Both the position numbers and the translations under genes were made by a program. The notes beneath the pieces are model-generated. The model was given only the letters and a program-made list of their open reading frames with translations, ran no database searches and was not told where the DNA came from. Shown in pieces: positions 38,501 through 48,436 of a stretch of DNA of 64,000 nt (position 1 is the stretch's first letter; every line of letters starts with the position of its first letter). The stretch is from Ignavibacteriales bacterium. GTDB lineage: Bacteria > Bacteroidota > Ignavibacteria > UBA10030 > UBA6906. The stretch covers positions 1 to 64,000 of the forward strand of contig JBBIRR010000015.1 of the NCBI GenBank assembly GCA_037441705.1. Reading direction: 5' to 3'.

Positions 38501-39166
38501 ATTCACGCCCTGCGCGAGAAGATCAAATCACTCGGCAACATCAACTTTGCGGCCTTTGAAGAGTACACGCAGGAGAAGGAGCGCTTCGAGTTCCTCTCCG
38601 CGCAGCGCAACGACCTGATGGAGGCTGAAAAGACTCTGCTGGCGACCATCGAAGAAATCAACCAGACGGCGCAGAAGAAATTCCTCGAGACGTTCGAGAA
38701 GATCCGGCAGAACTTCATCGAAACGTTCAAGAGCCTCTTCGACCCCGGTGACGAATGCGATCTGCGTCTGGAGGAGGGGGTGGATCCATTAGAAGCAAAC
38801 ATTGACATCATCGCCAAACCGCGCGGCAAGCGTCCGACCTCCATCAACATGCTGTCGGGCGGAGAAAAAACGCTGACGGCAACGGCATTGCTGTTCGCCA
38901 TCTACCTCGTGAAGCCCAGTCCGTTTTGCATTCTCGATGAAGTGGACGCTCCGCTCGACGACGCGAACATCGATCGCTTCACCCGCATTCTGCGGAAGTT
39001 TTCCGATAACACGCAGTTCATCGTCGTTACGCACAACAAACGAACGATGGAAGCTGCGAACGCGCTCTACGGCGTGACGATGGAAGAAGAAGGCGTGTCG
39101 AAGATCGTTACCGTGCGATTCAATCAGGCGTCGCAAGTGGAATCCGCCGCCGTCGCCACAGGATAA
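35594..39166 (+). CDS. smc: Chromosome segregation protein SMC
   Basis: 'GFKSF', 'GPNGCGKTN', coiled coils and hinge, 'LSGGEK', 'LDEVDAPLD'. Confidence 0.97.
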   Translation: MYLSKLEIIGFKSFAQKVNLSFDSGISAIVGPNGCGKTNIVDAIRWVLGEQRYSALRSEKMEDVIFNGTKNRKPLGMAEASLVIENNKGILPSEYTQVTIGRRVYRSGESEYLLNKVPCRLKDILDLFMDTGMGADAYSVIELKMVETILSDKTDERRRLFEEAAGVTKYKHRRKAAYRKLEAVQADLVRVNDIVAEVQKAVSSLERQARKAEQYNTIKARLQALEIDVMEREYAQLVGRIQPLEEKLAAMTSDRQRIDVDLVHEEARFEEMRSSMMEVEKRLAEAQRDVSLQMEKINTIVQQDLVAEERTKALQNNIVRYQQERDEFQSERLRLEALVDTLERDIATMKERHLQVEGELERRKAEVEEVNARLEAKKAELEELNLRTIELVHAIAEEQTEQDRLKGRVENLNGRAMHAAEENAVYEEELVRLAREIDEHAAEDKQLRRSFTEAEMRFYNAEREKKDLEEKLDALQREEMEVEAETRRRAARIDFLKGLIESREGFSESVRFLAASERWKKPARYLTVADAVHADERYAAAIESALGEYAGVIIVDTPDEAEEAIALLKEEQKGKAAFVCLNRVPRVEARYTLPREPGVVGWAMDFAKFDSRYAPLFRYLLDRVLVVEDAATAQKIAARYSGLRCVTVDGEATTSVGLIRGGSRRLDEGGMIGKQNQIEALQEEISALNEKRSSIRRLMETLTAQLEALQLKSFADAVKNIEKEMNGVEMRMAQLEFERKRANDIIAKNNEEIEVLKEEAEKLQQTIAAAAPRLEELREEKSRVEQAVGRAVQERERLEAEYESRASAVKELEIQVVQIKSDVQNAENELQRSREAIAGIVASLQKRDADIASAERDIIATRAAVEQNAIQLAALRSELEALEQRKQEVERENVHLREEMHRIQLRIKDERRTHDDTLQAVHELELKIADLKAKAEHLKDRAFTEFEMQLELKTYPPDEFVDFAALRDEIHALREKIKSLGNINFAAFEEYTQEKERFEFLSAQRNDLMEAEKTLLATIEEINQTAQKKFLETFEKIRQNFIETFKSLFDPGDECDLRLEEGVDPLEANIDIIAKPRGKRPTSINMLSGGEKTLTATALLFAIYLVKPSPFCILDEVDAPLDDANIDRFTRILRKFSDNTQFIVVTHNKRTMEAANALYGVTMEEEGVSKIVTVRFNQASQVESAAVATG

Positions 39167-39174
39167 GATCCATC

Positions 39175-39891
39175 ATGAGAATGAAAGTGTTTGTCGCCGA
39201 CGGAACGTTTCTGCCGCGCAGCGTAACCGATGACTTCCTTGCTCGGTTTGCGACGGACGGGCACCGCTCGGATGCAGGAGGCAATGAGGACGAGAAGAAC
39301 GTCAAGGCGCGCCTGCGTCGCGGCGTCGCTGTCCTCGGCGCGGTGGATATGCGTGAGACGGAAGAGTTCTTGCGAGAACAACCGCTCGAGGCAGGCTTTG
39401 TGCGATTTGTGGACTTCTGTCGCACTCATGGCTTTCAGATGAGCGTTGTCAGCGACGGATTAGATTTTTGTCTGGAGAAGATGTTTGCGCTCAAAGGCAT
39501 ACGGAGTGTACGAACATACGCCAATCGTGCAGAACTGGAGGGCGCGGGCGAATCGGCGCGATGGCAGGTCAGCTTCCCGTACGACGACGCCGAGTGTACG
39601 CGCTGTGCCTGCTGTGCCAGAAACATCATGCTGACGACCTGCGGCGATGACGAGCGTATCGTGTTCGTCGGTAAAGATGAGAGAGATGTATGTCCGGCCG
39701 AGTACGCGGATGTTGTTTTCGCACAAGCGCCGCTGCAAGCCGCGTGTCAGGCGCGGAACATTTCCTACTTCCTCTACTTGTCGTTCGACGATATTGCGGA
39801 GCGCCTGGTGCAGCTCGGCGCGAAACGGTACCTCAGACCTCGTCGTGAAGCGGCCATGAAGCGTCGTGATGCGTTTATTGCGGAATGGTGA
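39175..39891 (+). CDS. MtnX-like HAD-IB family protein with a degenerate active site
   Basis: 'GFVRFVDFC', 'VVSDG' and a Cys cluster; motif I reads 'VADGT' and motif IV reads 'GKDERD'. Confidence 0.65.
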   Translation: MRMKVFVADGTFLPRSVTDDFLARFATDGHRSDAGGNEDEKNVKARLRRGVAVLGAVDMRETEEFLREQPLEAGFVRFVDFCRTHGFQMSVVSDGLDFCLEKMFALKGIRSVRTYANRAELEGAGESARWQVSFPYDDAECTRCACCARNIMLTTCGDDERIVFVGKDERDVCPAEYADVVFAQAPLQAACQARNISYFLYLSFDDIAERLVQLGAKRYLRPRREAAMKRRDAFIAEW

Positions 39892-39898
39892 AACCGCT

Positions 39899-40492
39899 AT
39901 GGCTGACGATAAAGACATCCGCCGGCTGATTTTCACGTACCGCAGCTACACGCCTATTCCGTTCTTGATAGCGATGATCATCTTTGCACGGCCGACTCTG
40001 CTCAGCTTGGTCGTGGGCTTTGCGATTGTCCTGCTCGGCGAGGCGATCCGCTTCTGGGGAGTGTCCATTGCCGGCAGCGAGACGCGGACAACGGGAACGG
40101 TCGGCGGAACGTATTTGATCACCAACGGCCCGTTTGCCTACGTTCGTAATCCGCTCTACGTCGGCAACATGTTGATGTACGCGGGCATCGGCGTGATGTC
40201 ACTGGCGTTATTCCCGTGGCTCGTGATTGGAGCATGCGTCTGGTTTTTCATTCAGTACTATCTCATCGTGACGAAAGAAGAGGAGTACCTGGCCGAGCGT
40301 TTCGGAAACGAATACGAACACTATCGCCGGAATGTGCGGAGATTTCTCCCGCGCCTGACGCCCTACGTCGCGCCGACTCCCGCGCCGAAACACGCACGCG
40401 CGCGTGAAGGCTTTGCTTCCGAAGCGCGGACGCTGCAGGCCATCGGGATCGTGACGCTGCTGCTTGTGGCGTTGTTTGTCGTTCGAGGCTAA
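39899..40492 (+). CDS. Isoprenylcysteine carboxyl methyltransferase / PEMT family membrane methyltransferase
   Basis: 'LITNGPFAYVRNPLYVG', 'EEEYL..RFG.EY..Y...VRRFLP'. Confidence 0.85.
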   Translation: MADDKDIRRLIFTYRSYTPIPFLIAMIIFARPTLLSLVVGFAIVLLGEAIRFWGVSIAGSETRTTGTVGGTYLITNGPFAYVRNPLYVGNMLMYAGIGVMSLALFPWLVIGACVWFFIQYYLIVTKEEEYLAERFGNEYEHYRRNVRRFLPRLTPYVAPTPAPKHARAREGFASEARTLQAIGIVTLLLVALFVVRG

Positions 40493-40498
40493 GTCCGC

Positions 40499-41635
40499 AT
40501 GATGCGACGCGTTCTGATGATTGCAGGCGAAGCATCGGGTGACCTGCATGGCGCAGGGGTTGTGCGTGAGCTGAAGCGGCGTCGGCCCGACCTCGATGTG
40601 TACGGTGTGGGCGGCGACCGAATGAAGAACGAAGGCATGGAGTTGGTCTATCACATTTCCCGACTCTCGTTCATGGGATTCGTCGAGGTCGTCAGAAACC
40701 TCGCAGTCGTTCGAGAAGTGGAACGTACGCTCAGCCGGTTGTTGGAGGTGCGCCGACCCGATGTGGTCGTGTTGATTGACTACCCCGGCTTCAACCTCCG
40801 CTTTGCGCGCACGGCAAAGCGACGAGGCATCAAGGTGCTGTACTACATCAGTCCGCAGGTGTGGGCATGGCACAGCAGCCGCGTGAAAAAGATGCGCGGG
40901 CTTGTCGATCGCATGAAGGTGGTCTTTCCCTTCGAGGTGGAGATTTACCGCCGCGAAGGAATTGATGTGGAGTTCGTCGGCCATCCGCTTGCGGAACGGA
41001 TCGGCACGAGCTGCACGCGGGAAGAGTTCTTCCGCGCGCATGAGTTCGATCCGGGCAAGAAGCTTGTTGCTCTGCTGCCCGGAAGCAGGCAGCAGGAGGT
41101 GGAAATGATTTTTCCGACCATGCTTCGGGCGGCACGGAGACTCAGCGCCGAGATGGGCGTGCAGGTTGCCGTTGGCGTCGCGTCGAATCTTGGAGCCGGG
41201 GTGCTTCGTCGGTATCTTGCGAACGACGATCGCGTCCGGTTGATCGAGCATGCAACGTACGATGTGATGGCCTACGCCGATTCGGCAATCGTCACCTCGG
41301 GAACGGCGACGCTGGAGACGGGGTGGTTCGGTACGCCGATGATGGTGGTGTACAGGACATCTCCCATTACCTTCATGATCGGGCGCGCGCTGGTGCGTGT
41401 TCCGTACATCGGATTGGTGAACATCGTGGCCGGAAAGAAAATCGTACCGGAGTTCGTGCAGCACGACATGGTTGAGGACAATCTCGTCCGCGAAGCGACG
41501 CGCCAGTTGACCGACAAAGCGTACGCTGAGGAGATGCGGAAAAATCTCGCCGTCATCAAAACAGAGCTTGGCGGCGCCGGAACGTCGGCACGTGTTGCCG
41601 AAGGCATTATCGAACTTGGCTCGACAGGGTCATGA
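40499..41635 (+). CDS. lpxB: Lipid-A-disaccharide synthase
   Basis: 'AGEASGD', 'IDYPGFN', 'SPQVWAW', 'LLPGSR', 'SGTATLE'. Confidence 0.97.
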   Translation: MMRRVLMIAGEASGDLHGAGVVRELKRRRPDLDVYGVGGDRMKNEGMELVYHISRLSFMGFVEVVRNLAVVREVERTLSRLLEVRRPDVVVLIDYPGFNLRFARTAKRRGIKVLYYISPQVWAWHSSRVKKMRGLVDRMKVVFPFEVEIYRREGIDVEFVGHPLAERIGTSCTREEFFRAHEFDPGKKLVALLPGSRQQEVEMIFPTMLRAARRLSAEMGVQVAVGVASNLGAGVLRRYLANDDRVRLIEHATYDVMAYADSAIVTSGTATLETGWFGTPMMVVYRTSPITFMIGRALVRVPYIGLVNIVAGKKIVPEFVQHDMVEDNLVREATRQLTDKAYAEEMRKNLAVIKTELGGAGTSARVAEGIIELGSTGS

Positions 41636-41701
41636 TGATACAATCAAGCTACCGTCGAGGTAGAGAGACACGATTGGAGGTGGACCAAAAAGTACTGGTG
41701 C

Positions 41702-41743
41702 GTCATTCTGACCCTCGTTTCTCAGAGGCGAAGAATCCAGAAC
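41702..41743 (+). repeat. REP-like unit GTCATTCTGA...GCGAAGAATCCAGAAC (third copy)
   Basis: Matches the reverse complement of the units ending at 5059 and 5613. Confidence 0.8.
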
Positions 41744-41887
41744 TGCCCTTTTCTGGCAGTCTCATTGCCGGATCGAAAATACTACACGGGGATTCAATCC
41801 CCACAAACAATGCTGACTAGAATCCAGACAAATCCTTTGTTCACTATTGTCCACGACGTGAAGGTCGTGTCAACGTCGAACGCGGGC

Positions 41888-42715
41888 ATGAGGGCGAAGG
41901 CGTGGCACATTCTTCTTCTTGCAATTCTGGTCGGCAGTGTCGGTTGCGGCCCTGCGCCTGAGACCGCCAGGAAGGAAACCGAGACGCCGCCGACGAAGGA
42001 GGCGCTGTTCCAGGCCGGGCACAGGCTCTACCTTCAGCAGCAATACGACAGCGCGCAGGTGCTGCTGACGCGTGTGTTGACCCTTGATCGAACGTATGCA
42101 GCGGCGGTAGCCGACCTCGCATCACTCAACTACGAGCTTGCCATGAGAGCAGATGCAGGCAGGAGAAGGAATGAGTTGCTTCGCGCATCGCGTGCGTACT
42201 ATCTCCGGCTCGATTCACTCAACTCCGCCGATGCCGATGCGTACGAGCGACTCTGTGAGATTGCTTCTGCATTGAACGACGACCGGACGTTCCTCACGTA
42301 CGCAAAGAAGAGTGCCGAGGCATATCCCTACGACCGACAGTACTACAACTTGAGTGTCGCGTATTTCAACGTCAATGATTTTGCCTCGGTCATCAAAGTC
42401 TGCAAAGAAGCGATCGAGAAGTTTCCAGCTTCACCCTTCATCGGAACGTTCTATCGTCAGTTAGGCAGAGGCTACATGAAAGTAGATCGAGATCAGACAG
42501 CGGAGAGAACGTTCTACGCAGGACTGGGTGTGATCGAAAAGCGGATGGCGGATGCACGAAAAAGCAATGCGGACTATGCGTCGTCCGCCGACTATCAGCG
42601 ACTCAAGGAAGACATGAAGGGCATCCTGATCTCGCTGAAGAATCTGCACACGACGTACAAGGCGGCGGAGAAGCTTGCTGAGGTTGAGAAGAAGCTCAAA
42701 GAGCTTAGCAGATAG
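41888..42715 (+). CDS. TPR-like lipoprotein
   Basis: Lipobox 'GSVGC'; helical TPR-like repeats ('YYNLSVAYF', 'YRQLGRGY'). Confidence 0.7.
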   Translation: MRAKAWHILLLAILVGSVGCGPAPETARKETETPPTKEALFQAGHRLYLQQQYDSAQVLLTRVLTLDRTYAAAVADLASLNYELAMRADAGRRRNELLRASRAYYLRLDSLNSADADAYERLCEIASALNDDRTFLTYAKKSAEAYPYDRQYYNLSVAYFNVNDFASVIKVCKEAIEKFPASPFIGTFYRQLGRGYMKVDRDQTAERTFYAGLGVIEKRMADARKSNADYASSADYQRLKEDMKGILISLKNLHTTYKAAEKLAEVEKKLKELSR

Positions 42716-42747
42716 GACGTGAGGATGAGAGGAGAACATATTCGTGT

Positions 42748-43791
42748 ATGAGAATTCTCCTCCCGCTCGCATGGATATACTCGGTCGGCATGTCCCTGCG
42801 CAACGCGCTGTTCGATTGGGGTGTGTTGAAGCAGCATGCGATGAGTGTTCCGGTCATCTCGGTGGGCAACCTCACCGTCGGGGGGACGGGCAAGACGCCG
42901 CTTGTTGAATACATCGTCGGCTATCTTCTTGGACAAGGAAGGCGAGTCGGCGTCGTCAGCCGCGGCTACAAGCGGCAGTCGAAGGGTGTGGTGGTTGTCT
43001 CGGATGGCCGTGAAGTCCGTGTCGATGCCCGGCACGCGGGCGACGAGCCGATGCAGATTGCGATGGCGTTTCGAGATGCGATTGTTGTTGTGGGAGAAAA
43101 GAGAGTCGAGGCTGCACAGGAGGCGATCCGGTTGGGCGCTGAGGTGATTGTGGTGGATGATGGATTCCAACATCGTTATTTGAAGCGGGACGTGGACATC
43201 GTTGTCGTTGATAGCACGGACGATGTGACGAAGGATGCGGTTCTGCCCGCAGGAAGGCTGCGCGAATCGCTCACGGGTCTGCGCCGCGCGAGTCTGGTGG
43301 CCCTTTCTCACGCGGATGAAGGAACGCCGAATGAACTCGAAGCGAAGCTCCGTCCGTTCTTTGAAGGTCCGTTCGTGCGCTTCAGCTACCGGATTCGTGA
43401 AGTACGGAGGGCATCCGATGATGCAGTGGTGTCGCTCGAGGCCGTTCGGGCGATGCGCCTGGTGAGCTTCAGCGGCATTGGGAACCATGAGGCGTTCGTT
43501 CGCCGGCTGAACAAGGATCGCTTCACGATTGTGGGCGACCTGCGCTTCGCCGACCATCATCGGTACGGCGAGGTTGATCTTGCAACGATGGAATACGCGG
43601 CACAGGCGATGAACGCCGATGCTCTCATTACGACCGAAAAGGACATTGTCCGCCTTCGTGCGGAAAAAGACGTTGTGAAGCAACTCTTTGAACGTCACGT
43701 TGTTTTTTATGTAAGAATCGCTGTGGAGATTCTCGGGGGAGATGATCTTCTCCACGCACGCATCGCACAAACCTTAAGGGGAGAAACATGA
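42748..43791 (+). CDS. lpxK: Tetraacyldisaccharide 4'-kinase
   Basis: 'SVGNLTVGGTGKTP', 'SRGY', 'GDEP', 'DDGFQH', 'TTEKD'. Confidence 0.95.
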   Translation: MRILLPLAWIYSVGMSLRNALFDWGVLKQHAMSVPVISVGNLTVGGTGKTPLVEYIVGYLLGQGRRVGVVSRGYKRQSKGVVVVSDGREVRVDARHAGDEPMQIAMAFRDAIVVVGEKRVEAAQEAIRLGAEVIVVDDGFQHRYLKRDVDIVVVDSTDDVTKDAVLPAGRLRESLTGLRRASLVALSHADEGTPNELEAKLRPFFEGPFVRFSYRIREVRRASDDAVVSLEAVRAMRLVSFSGIGNHEAFVRRLNKDRFTIVGDLRFADHHRYGEVDLATMEYAAQAMNADALITTEKDIVRLRAEKDVVKQLFERHVVFYVRIAVEILGGDDLLHARIAQTLRGET

Positions 43792-44492
43792 ACATCGGCA
43801 TCACGGATACGCTGAACAAGAAATTCGACTTCTACGTCGCGTGGCTGCGCAAGGTGGCGCGGGATGCAGAGATCATCAAACTCTCACCCGAGGAAAAGAA
43901 CGCTCGCGACCTGAAGAAATGCGACGGCCTTATTCTGACCGGCGGCCACGACATCCATCCGAGATTCTACGGCCGTGAAGACTACATGAAGCTTCTCAAG
44001 AAGGAGGATGTGAACGAAAAGCGTGACGAGTTCGAGTTCAAGATCATTCAAGAGGCGCTCAAGGCAAACATGCCTATCCTTGGCATCTGCCGCGGGATGC
44101 AGGTCTTCAACGTTGCCATGGGCGGCTCGATGATTCCCGATGTGAAGAGCGAGGGCTACGGTGAACATGCAAAAACGAAGGACGGCAAAGACCGCCGCCA
44201 TAAAATCACGATCGAGAAGGGAACGACGCTGCACTGGATCGTCGAAACCACAAAAGGGGAAGTGAACAGTGCCCATCATCAGGCCGTGGATGCCATCGGC
44301 AGCGGGCTGAAGGTGACCGCACAATCGCCGGATGGCATCGTTGAGGGATTGGAGTGGGCAGACAGCGAGTCGAAGCCCTTCCTCCAACTCGTCCAGTGGC
44401 ATCCGGAGCGGATGTCGGATTTTCAGAACCCGTGTTCCAAGAATCTGTTAGAACATTTTGTTCTTGCAGTTGTATCAACAGCGGAGCGATAA
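43788..44492 (+). CDS. Class I glutamine amidotransferase, peptidase C26 (PuuD-like)
   Basis: 'LTGG.DI', 'GICRGMQ', 'VNSAHHQ', 'VQWHPE'. Confidence 0.9.
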   Translation: MNIGITDTLNKKFDFYVAWLRKVARDAEIIKLSPEEKNARDLKKCDGLILTGGHDIHPRFYGREDYMKLLKKEDVNEKRDEFEFKIIQEALKANMPILGICRGMQVFNVAMGGSMIPDVKSEGYGEHAKTKDGKDRRHKITIEKGTTLHWIVETTKGEVNSAHHQAVDAIGSGLKVTAQSPDGIVEGLEWADSESKPFLQLVQWHPERMSDFQNPCSKNLLEHFVLAVVSTAER

Positions 44493-44540
44493 ACGGAACA
44501 TCATTATTCACTATCTAAAGAAGGAAGAAGAGAAAGCATC

Positions 44541-47330
44541 ATGAAAAAGTACGTATATGTGTTTGGGAACGGCAAGGCGGAGGGAACGGCCGAAATGAAG
44601 GCGTTGCTCGGCGGCAAAGGTGCCAACCTTGCCGAGATGACCAACATCGGATTGCCCGTGCCTGCGGGCTTCACGATTTCAACGGAGGTATGTACCTACT
44701 ACTACGCCAACAAGAAAACGTATCCTCGGTCGCTGAAGGGCGAAGTCGCGGCGGCGTTGAAGAAGGTCGAAAAAATGATGGGAGCGAAGTTCGGCGACGC
44801 GAACAATCCTTTGCTGGTCTCTGTGCGTTCAGGCGCCCGCGCGTCCATGCCCGGCATGATGGACACGATTCTCAACCTCGGGCTGAACGACGAGGTTGCC
44901 GAAGGGCTGATCAGGAAAACGGGCAACGCACGCTTCGTGTACGATTCGTACCGCCGCTTCGTGCAGATGTACGGCGACGTCGTCCTCGGCTTGAAGCCCC
45001 AGCACAAAGACGAGATGGATCCGTTCGAGGCGATCATCGAGCAGAAGAAGAACGAACGGGGCGTCCATCACGACACGGATTTGACGGCCGAGGACATGAA
45101 GGACTTGGTTGCGCGGTTCAAGCAGGCCATCAAGGAACGCACGGGGCACGACTTTCCGCAAGATCCGGTGCAGCAGTTGTGGGGTGCCATCGGGGCGGTG
45201 TTCGGGTCATGGATGAACGAGCGAGCGATTGCCTATCGCAAGATGTACGACATCCCCGAATGGTGGGGCACGGCAGTAAACGTGCAGTCCATGGTCTTCG
45301 GCAACATGGGCGAGGATTCGGGAACGGGCGTCGCGTTCACGCGTGACGCGGCGACGGGCGAGAACGTGTTCTACGGCGAGTACCTGATGAACGCGCAGGG
45401 TGAAGACGTCGTTGCGGGCATCCGCACGCCGCTGCCCATCTCCAAACTTGCCGAAACGTACCCGAAGGTTTACAAACAACTCGATGCCATCCGCAAGAAG
45501 TTGGAAAAGCACTATCGCGACATGATGGACATCGAGTTCACGATTCAGCAAGGGAAGCTGTACATGCTTCAGTGTCGTGTCGGAAAGCGGACGGCGTTTG
45601 CCGCGATCAAGATTGCGGTGGATATGGTGAAGGAGAAACTCATCACGGACAAGGAAGCGCTCATGCGCATCGAGCCGGATCAGCTCAATCAGTTGCTGCG
45701 GCCCGTGTTCGATCTTCACGAGAAGGATGCCGCGGTGAAGAACGGTCGGCTGCTGGCAAAAGGATTGAATGCCGGTCCGGGTGCGGCGACCGGTCGTGTG
45801 GTCTTCAACGCGCCGGATGCCGAGGAATGGGCCTCGCGCGGCGAACAGGTGATTCTCACGCGCATCGAAACGTCGCCCGAAGATATCAAGGGCATGCAGG
45901 CTGCCGAAGGCATTCTCACCGCCCGCGGCGGCATGACGTCGCATGCGGCGCTCGTCGCGCGGCAGATGGGCAAGGTCTGCGTTGCCGGCTGCCAGGCGTT
46001 GAACATTGACTACTCGACGCACACCATGTCCGTCAACGGCAAAGTGATTCGTGAAGGTGATTGGATTTCGATTGACGGCACAACGGGAGAAGTGATCGAA
46101 GGACAGCTCGCCACGCGTGCACCGGAGGTGCTACAGGTGTTGATCGACAGGACGCTTGCCCCCGAACACGCTCCGGTGTATCAGGAGTACGAACAGGTGA
46201 TGAAGTGGGCGGATAAGTATCGCCGGCTGAAAGTTCGCACGAACGCCGATCAGCCCGACCAGGCGCTGAACGCCGTTGCCTTCGGTGCCGAGGGCATCGG
46301 TCTCTGCCGCACCGAGCACATGTTCTTCGGCGAAGGCAAGATCGGACCGATGCGCGAGATGATCCTGGCGGACAGTGTCGAGGAGCGCCGCCGCGCACTT
46401 GCAAAGCTGCTTCCGCTTCAGCGGACGGATTTCGAGGGCATCTTCGAGGCCATGAACGGCAGGCCGGTCACCATCAGAACCATTGATCCGCCGCTGCATG
46501 AGTTTGTGCCGCACGAAGAGGCGGCGCAGCGTGAGCTTGCACGCGAGATGGGCATCAGCTACGAGAAAGTTCATCAACGGGTGGCAAGTCTGCATGAGTT
46601 CAACCCGATGCTGGGCTTCCGCGGCTGCCGCCTGGGCATCATCTTTCCGGAGATTACCGAGATGCAGTCGCGTGCCATCTTTGAAGCGGCGGCGAATGTG
46701 CAGGCACGCGGCATCAAAGTCCTGCCGGAGATCATGATTCCCCTCGTGGGCAACGTGAAGGAACTGGCACATCAGGAGGCCATCGTTCGACAGGTGGCCG
46801 ATGAGGTGATGAAAGAAAAGGGAGTGAAGCTGAACTACCTCGTGGGAACGATGATCGAAGTTCCACGCGGAGCGCTGACGGCCGATGAGATTGCCACCGT
46901 TGCGGAATTCTTCAGCTTCGGCACGAACGATCTGACGCAGACCACCCTCGGCGTCAGTCGTGACGATGCCGGAAGATTTCTCGCTCCGTATGTCGAGCGG
47001 GGGATGTATGAGAAGGATCCGTTCGAGGTGCTCGATCGTGCGGGGGTTGGCCTGTTGATGAAGATGGCGGTGGAAAAGGGACGTAAGACGCGCCCCGGAT
47101 TGAAAATCGGCATTTGCGGCGAGCATGGCGGCGAGCCGTCGAGCGTCGAGTTCTGCCATCAGATCGGATTGGACTATGTGAGCTGCTCTCCATTCCGCGT
47201 TCCGATCGCGCGGCTGGCTGCTGCGCGCGCGGCACTATCGGAAGCGGAGAGCCGCCCCTCCGTGCGCAAGGTGCAGCAGAGACGGATTCCTTCGCGGAAG
47301 ACTGCTGCGCTGCGCACGTCGAAACGATAA
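44541..47330 (+). CDS. ppdK: Pyruvate, phosphate dikinase
   Basis: '[12 protein letters not shown]', 'SMPGMMDT', 'GGMTSHAA', 'SFGTNDLTQ', 'GICGEHGG'. Confidence 0.97.
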   Translation: MKKYVYVFGNGKAEGTAEMKALLGGKGANLAEMTNIGLPVPAGFTISTEVCTYYYANKKTYPRSLKGEVAAALKKVEKMMGAKFGDANNPLLVSVRSGARASMPGMMDTILNLGLNDEVAEGLIRKTGNARFVYDSYRRFVQMYGDVVLGLKPQHKDEMDPFEAIIEQKKNERGVHHDTDLTAEDMKDLVARFKQAIKERTGHDFPQDPVQQLWGAIGAVFGSWMNERAIAYRKMYDIPEWWGTAVNVQSMVFGNMGEDSGTGVAFTRDAATGENVFYGEYLMNAQGEDVVAGIRTPLPISKLAETYPKVYKQLDAIRKKLEKHYRDMMDIEFTIQQGKLYMLQCRVGKRTAFAAIKIAVDMVKEKLITDKEALMRIEPDQLNQLLRPVFDLHEKDAAVKNGRLLAKGLNAGPGAATGRVVFNAPDAEEWASRGEQVILTRIETSPEDIKGMQAAEGILTARGGMTSHAALVARQMGKVCVAGCQALNIDYSTHTMSVNGKVIREGDWISIDGTTGEVIEGQLATRAPEVLQVLIDRTLAPEHAPVYQEYEQVMKWADKYRRLKVRTNADQPDQALNAVAFGAEGIGLCRTEHMFFGEGKIGPMREMILADSVEERRRALAKLLPLQRTDFEGIFEAMNGRPVTIRTIDPPLHEFVPHEEAAQRELAREMGISYEKVHQRVASLHEFNPMLGFRGCRLGIIFPEITEMQSRAIFEAAANVQARGIKVLPEIMIPLVGNVKELAHQEAIVRQVADEVMKEKGVKLNYLVGTMIEVPRGALTADEIATVAEFFSFGTNDLTQTTLGVSRDDAGRFLAPYVERGMYEKDPFEVLDRAGVGLLMKMAVEKGRKTRPGLKIGICGEHGGEPSSVEFCHQIGLDYVSCSPFRVPIARLAAARAALSEAESRPSVRKVQQRRIPSRKTAALRTSKR

Positions 47331-47370
47331 GTTTGTGCAACATTCATAAGGAGATACAGCCATTCACACG

Positions 47371-48411
47371 ATGAAATTATCGGACTTTCGATACCCGCTT
47401 CCGCGGAATCTGATCGCAAAGTATCCGGCGAACCCGCGGGATACGTCGCGACTGATGGTCCTTGATCGGAAGGACGAGTCTATCAAAATTCTCGACCACT
47501 TCTACGAGATCACCCAATACTTCAAAAAGGGTGATTGTCTGGTGATCAATGAGACGAAGGTCTTTCCGGCGCGGCTGTTTGGGCGCAAGGAGAAGACCAA
47601 TGCCCGCATCGAGGTGTTTCTCTTGCGCGAGCTGAGCAAGCAGGAGAACATCTGGGACGTGATTGTTGATCCGGCGCGGAAAGTCCGCATCGGCAACAAA
47701 ATTTTCTTCGATGACGGCAAGATCTATTGTGAAGTGATCGACAATACGACCTCGCGCGGCCGTACGGTCCGCTTCAACGCCGAAGGCGATCTGTTCAAGA
47801 TCATTGAGCGGATCGGCCGGATGCCTTTGCCCTATTACATCAAGCGGGAACCGACGGAAAAGGATAAGGAAATGTACCAGACGATCTTCGCGCGGGTCAC
47901 AGGCTCGGTTGCTGCGCCGACGGCGGGACTGCACTTCACCAAGCGCGTGCTGACCGCGCTGAAGCGAAAGGGCGTCAGCGTTGTGCCGGTTGTCCTTCAT
48001 GTGGGTCTCGGTTCGTTCCGTCCCGTCGAAGTGGAAGACCTCTCGAAGCACAAGATGGACTCGGAGTATTACGAGATTCCGGAGGAGACGGCTGAGGTTG
48101 TCAACAAGACCATTGACAGCAAGGGAAGCGTATTTATTGTCGGAACGAGTACGTGCCGTGCCGTCGAATCCAGCGTTACCACCGACGGCCACCTCAAGGC
48201 TAACAAAGGATGGACGGATAAGTTTATCTATCCGCCGTATGAGATGAAGGTGACCGACCACCTGATCACCAACTTCCATATGCCCGAATCAACGCTGCTG
48301 ATGTTGGTGTCCGCATTTGCCGGGCGCGACTTCATCCTGCGGGCCTACAAGAAGGCGATCAAGGAAGGGATGCGCTTCTACAGTTACGGCGACGCCATGC
48401 TTATCCTGTGA
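47371..48411 (+). CDS. queA: tRNA preQ1 S-adenosylmethionine ribosyltransferase-isomerase
   Basis: 'YQTIFA', 'SVAAPTAGLHF', 'HVGLG', 'TNFH', 'FYSYGDAM'. Confidence 0.95.
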   Translation: MKLSDFRYPLPRNLIAKYPANPRDTSRLMVLDRKDESIKILDHFYEITQYFKKGDCLVINETKVFPARLFGRKEKTNARIEVFLLRELSKQENIWDVIVDPARKVRIGNKIFFDDGKIYCEVIDNTTSRGRTVRFNAEGDLFKIIERIGRMPLPYYIKREPTEKDKEMYQTIFARVTGSVAAPTAGLHFTKRVLTALKRKGVSVVPVVLHVGLGSFRPVEVEDLSKHKMDSEYYEIPEETAEVVNKTIDSKGSVFIVGTSTCRAVESSVTTDGHLKANKGWTDKFIYPPYEMKVTDHLITNFHMPESTLLMLVSAFAGRDFILRAYKKAIKEGMRFYSYGDAMLIL

Positions 48412-48436
48412 TGTACCACAGCGCGGCACACACTGC

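Noticed and set aside
36440-38506. Long antisense ORFs (688 aa here; also 19048-20628, 33050-34726, 10287-11684, 40208-41464)
   Set aside because: Shadow frames of GC-rich, codon-biased genes with clear identities on the opposite strand.
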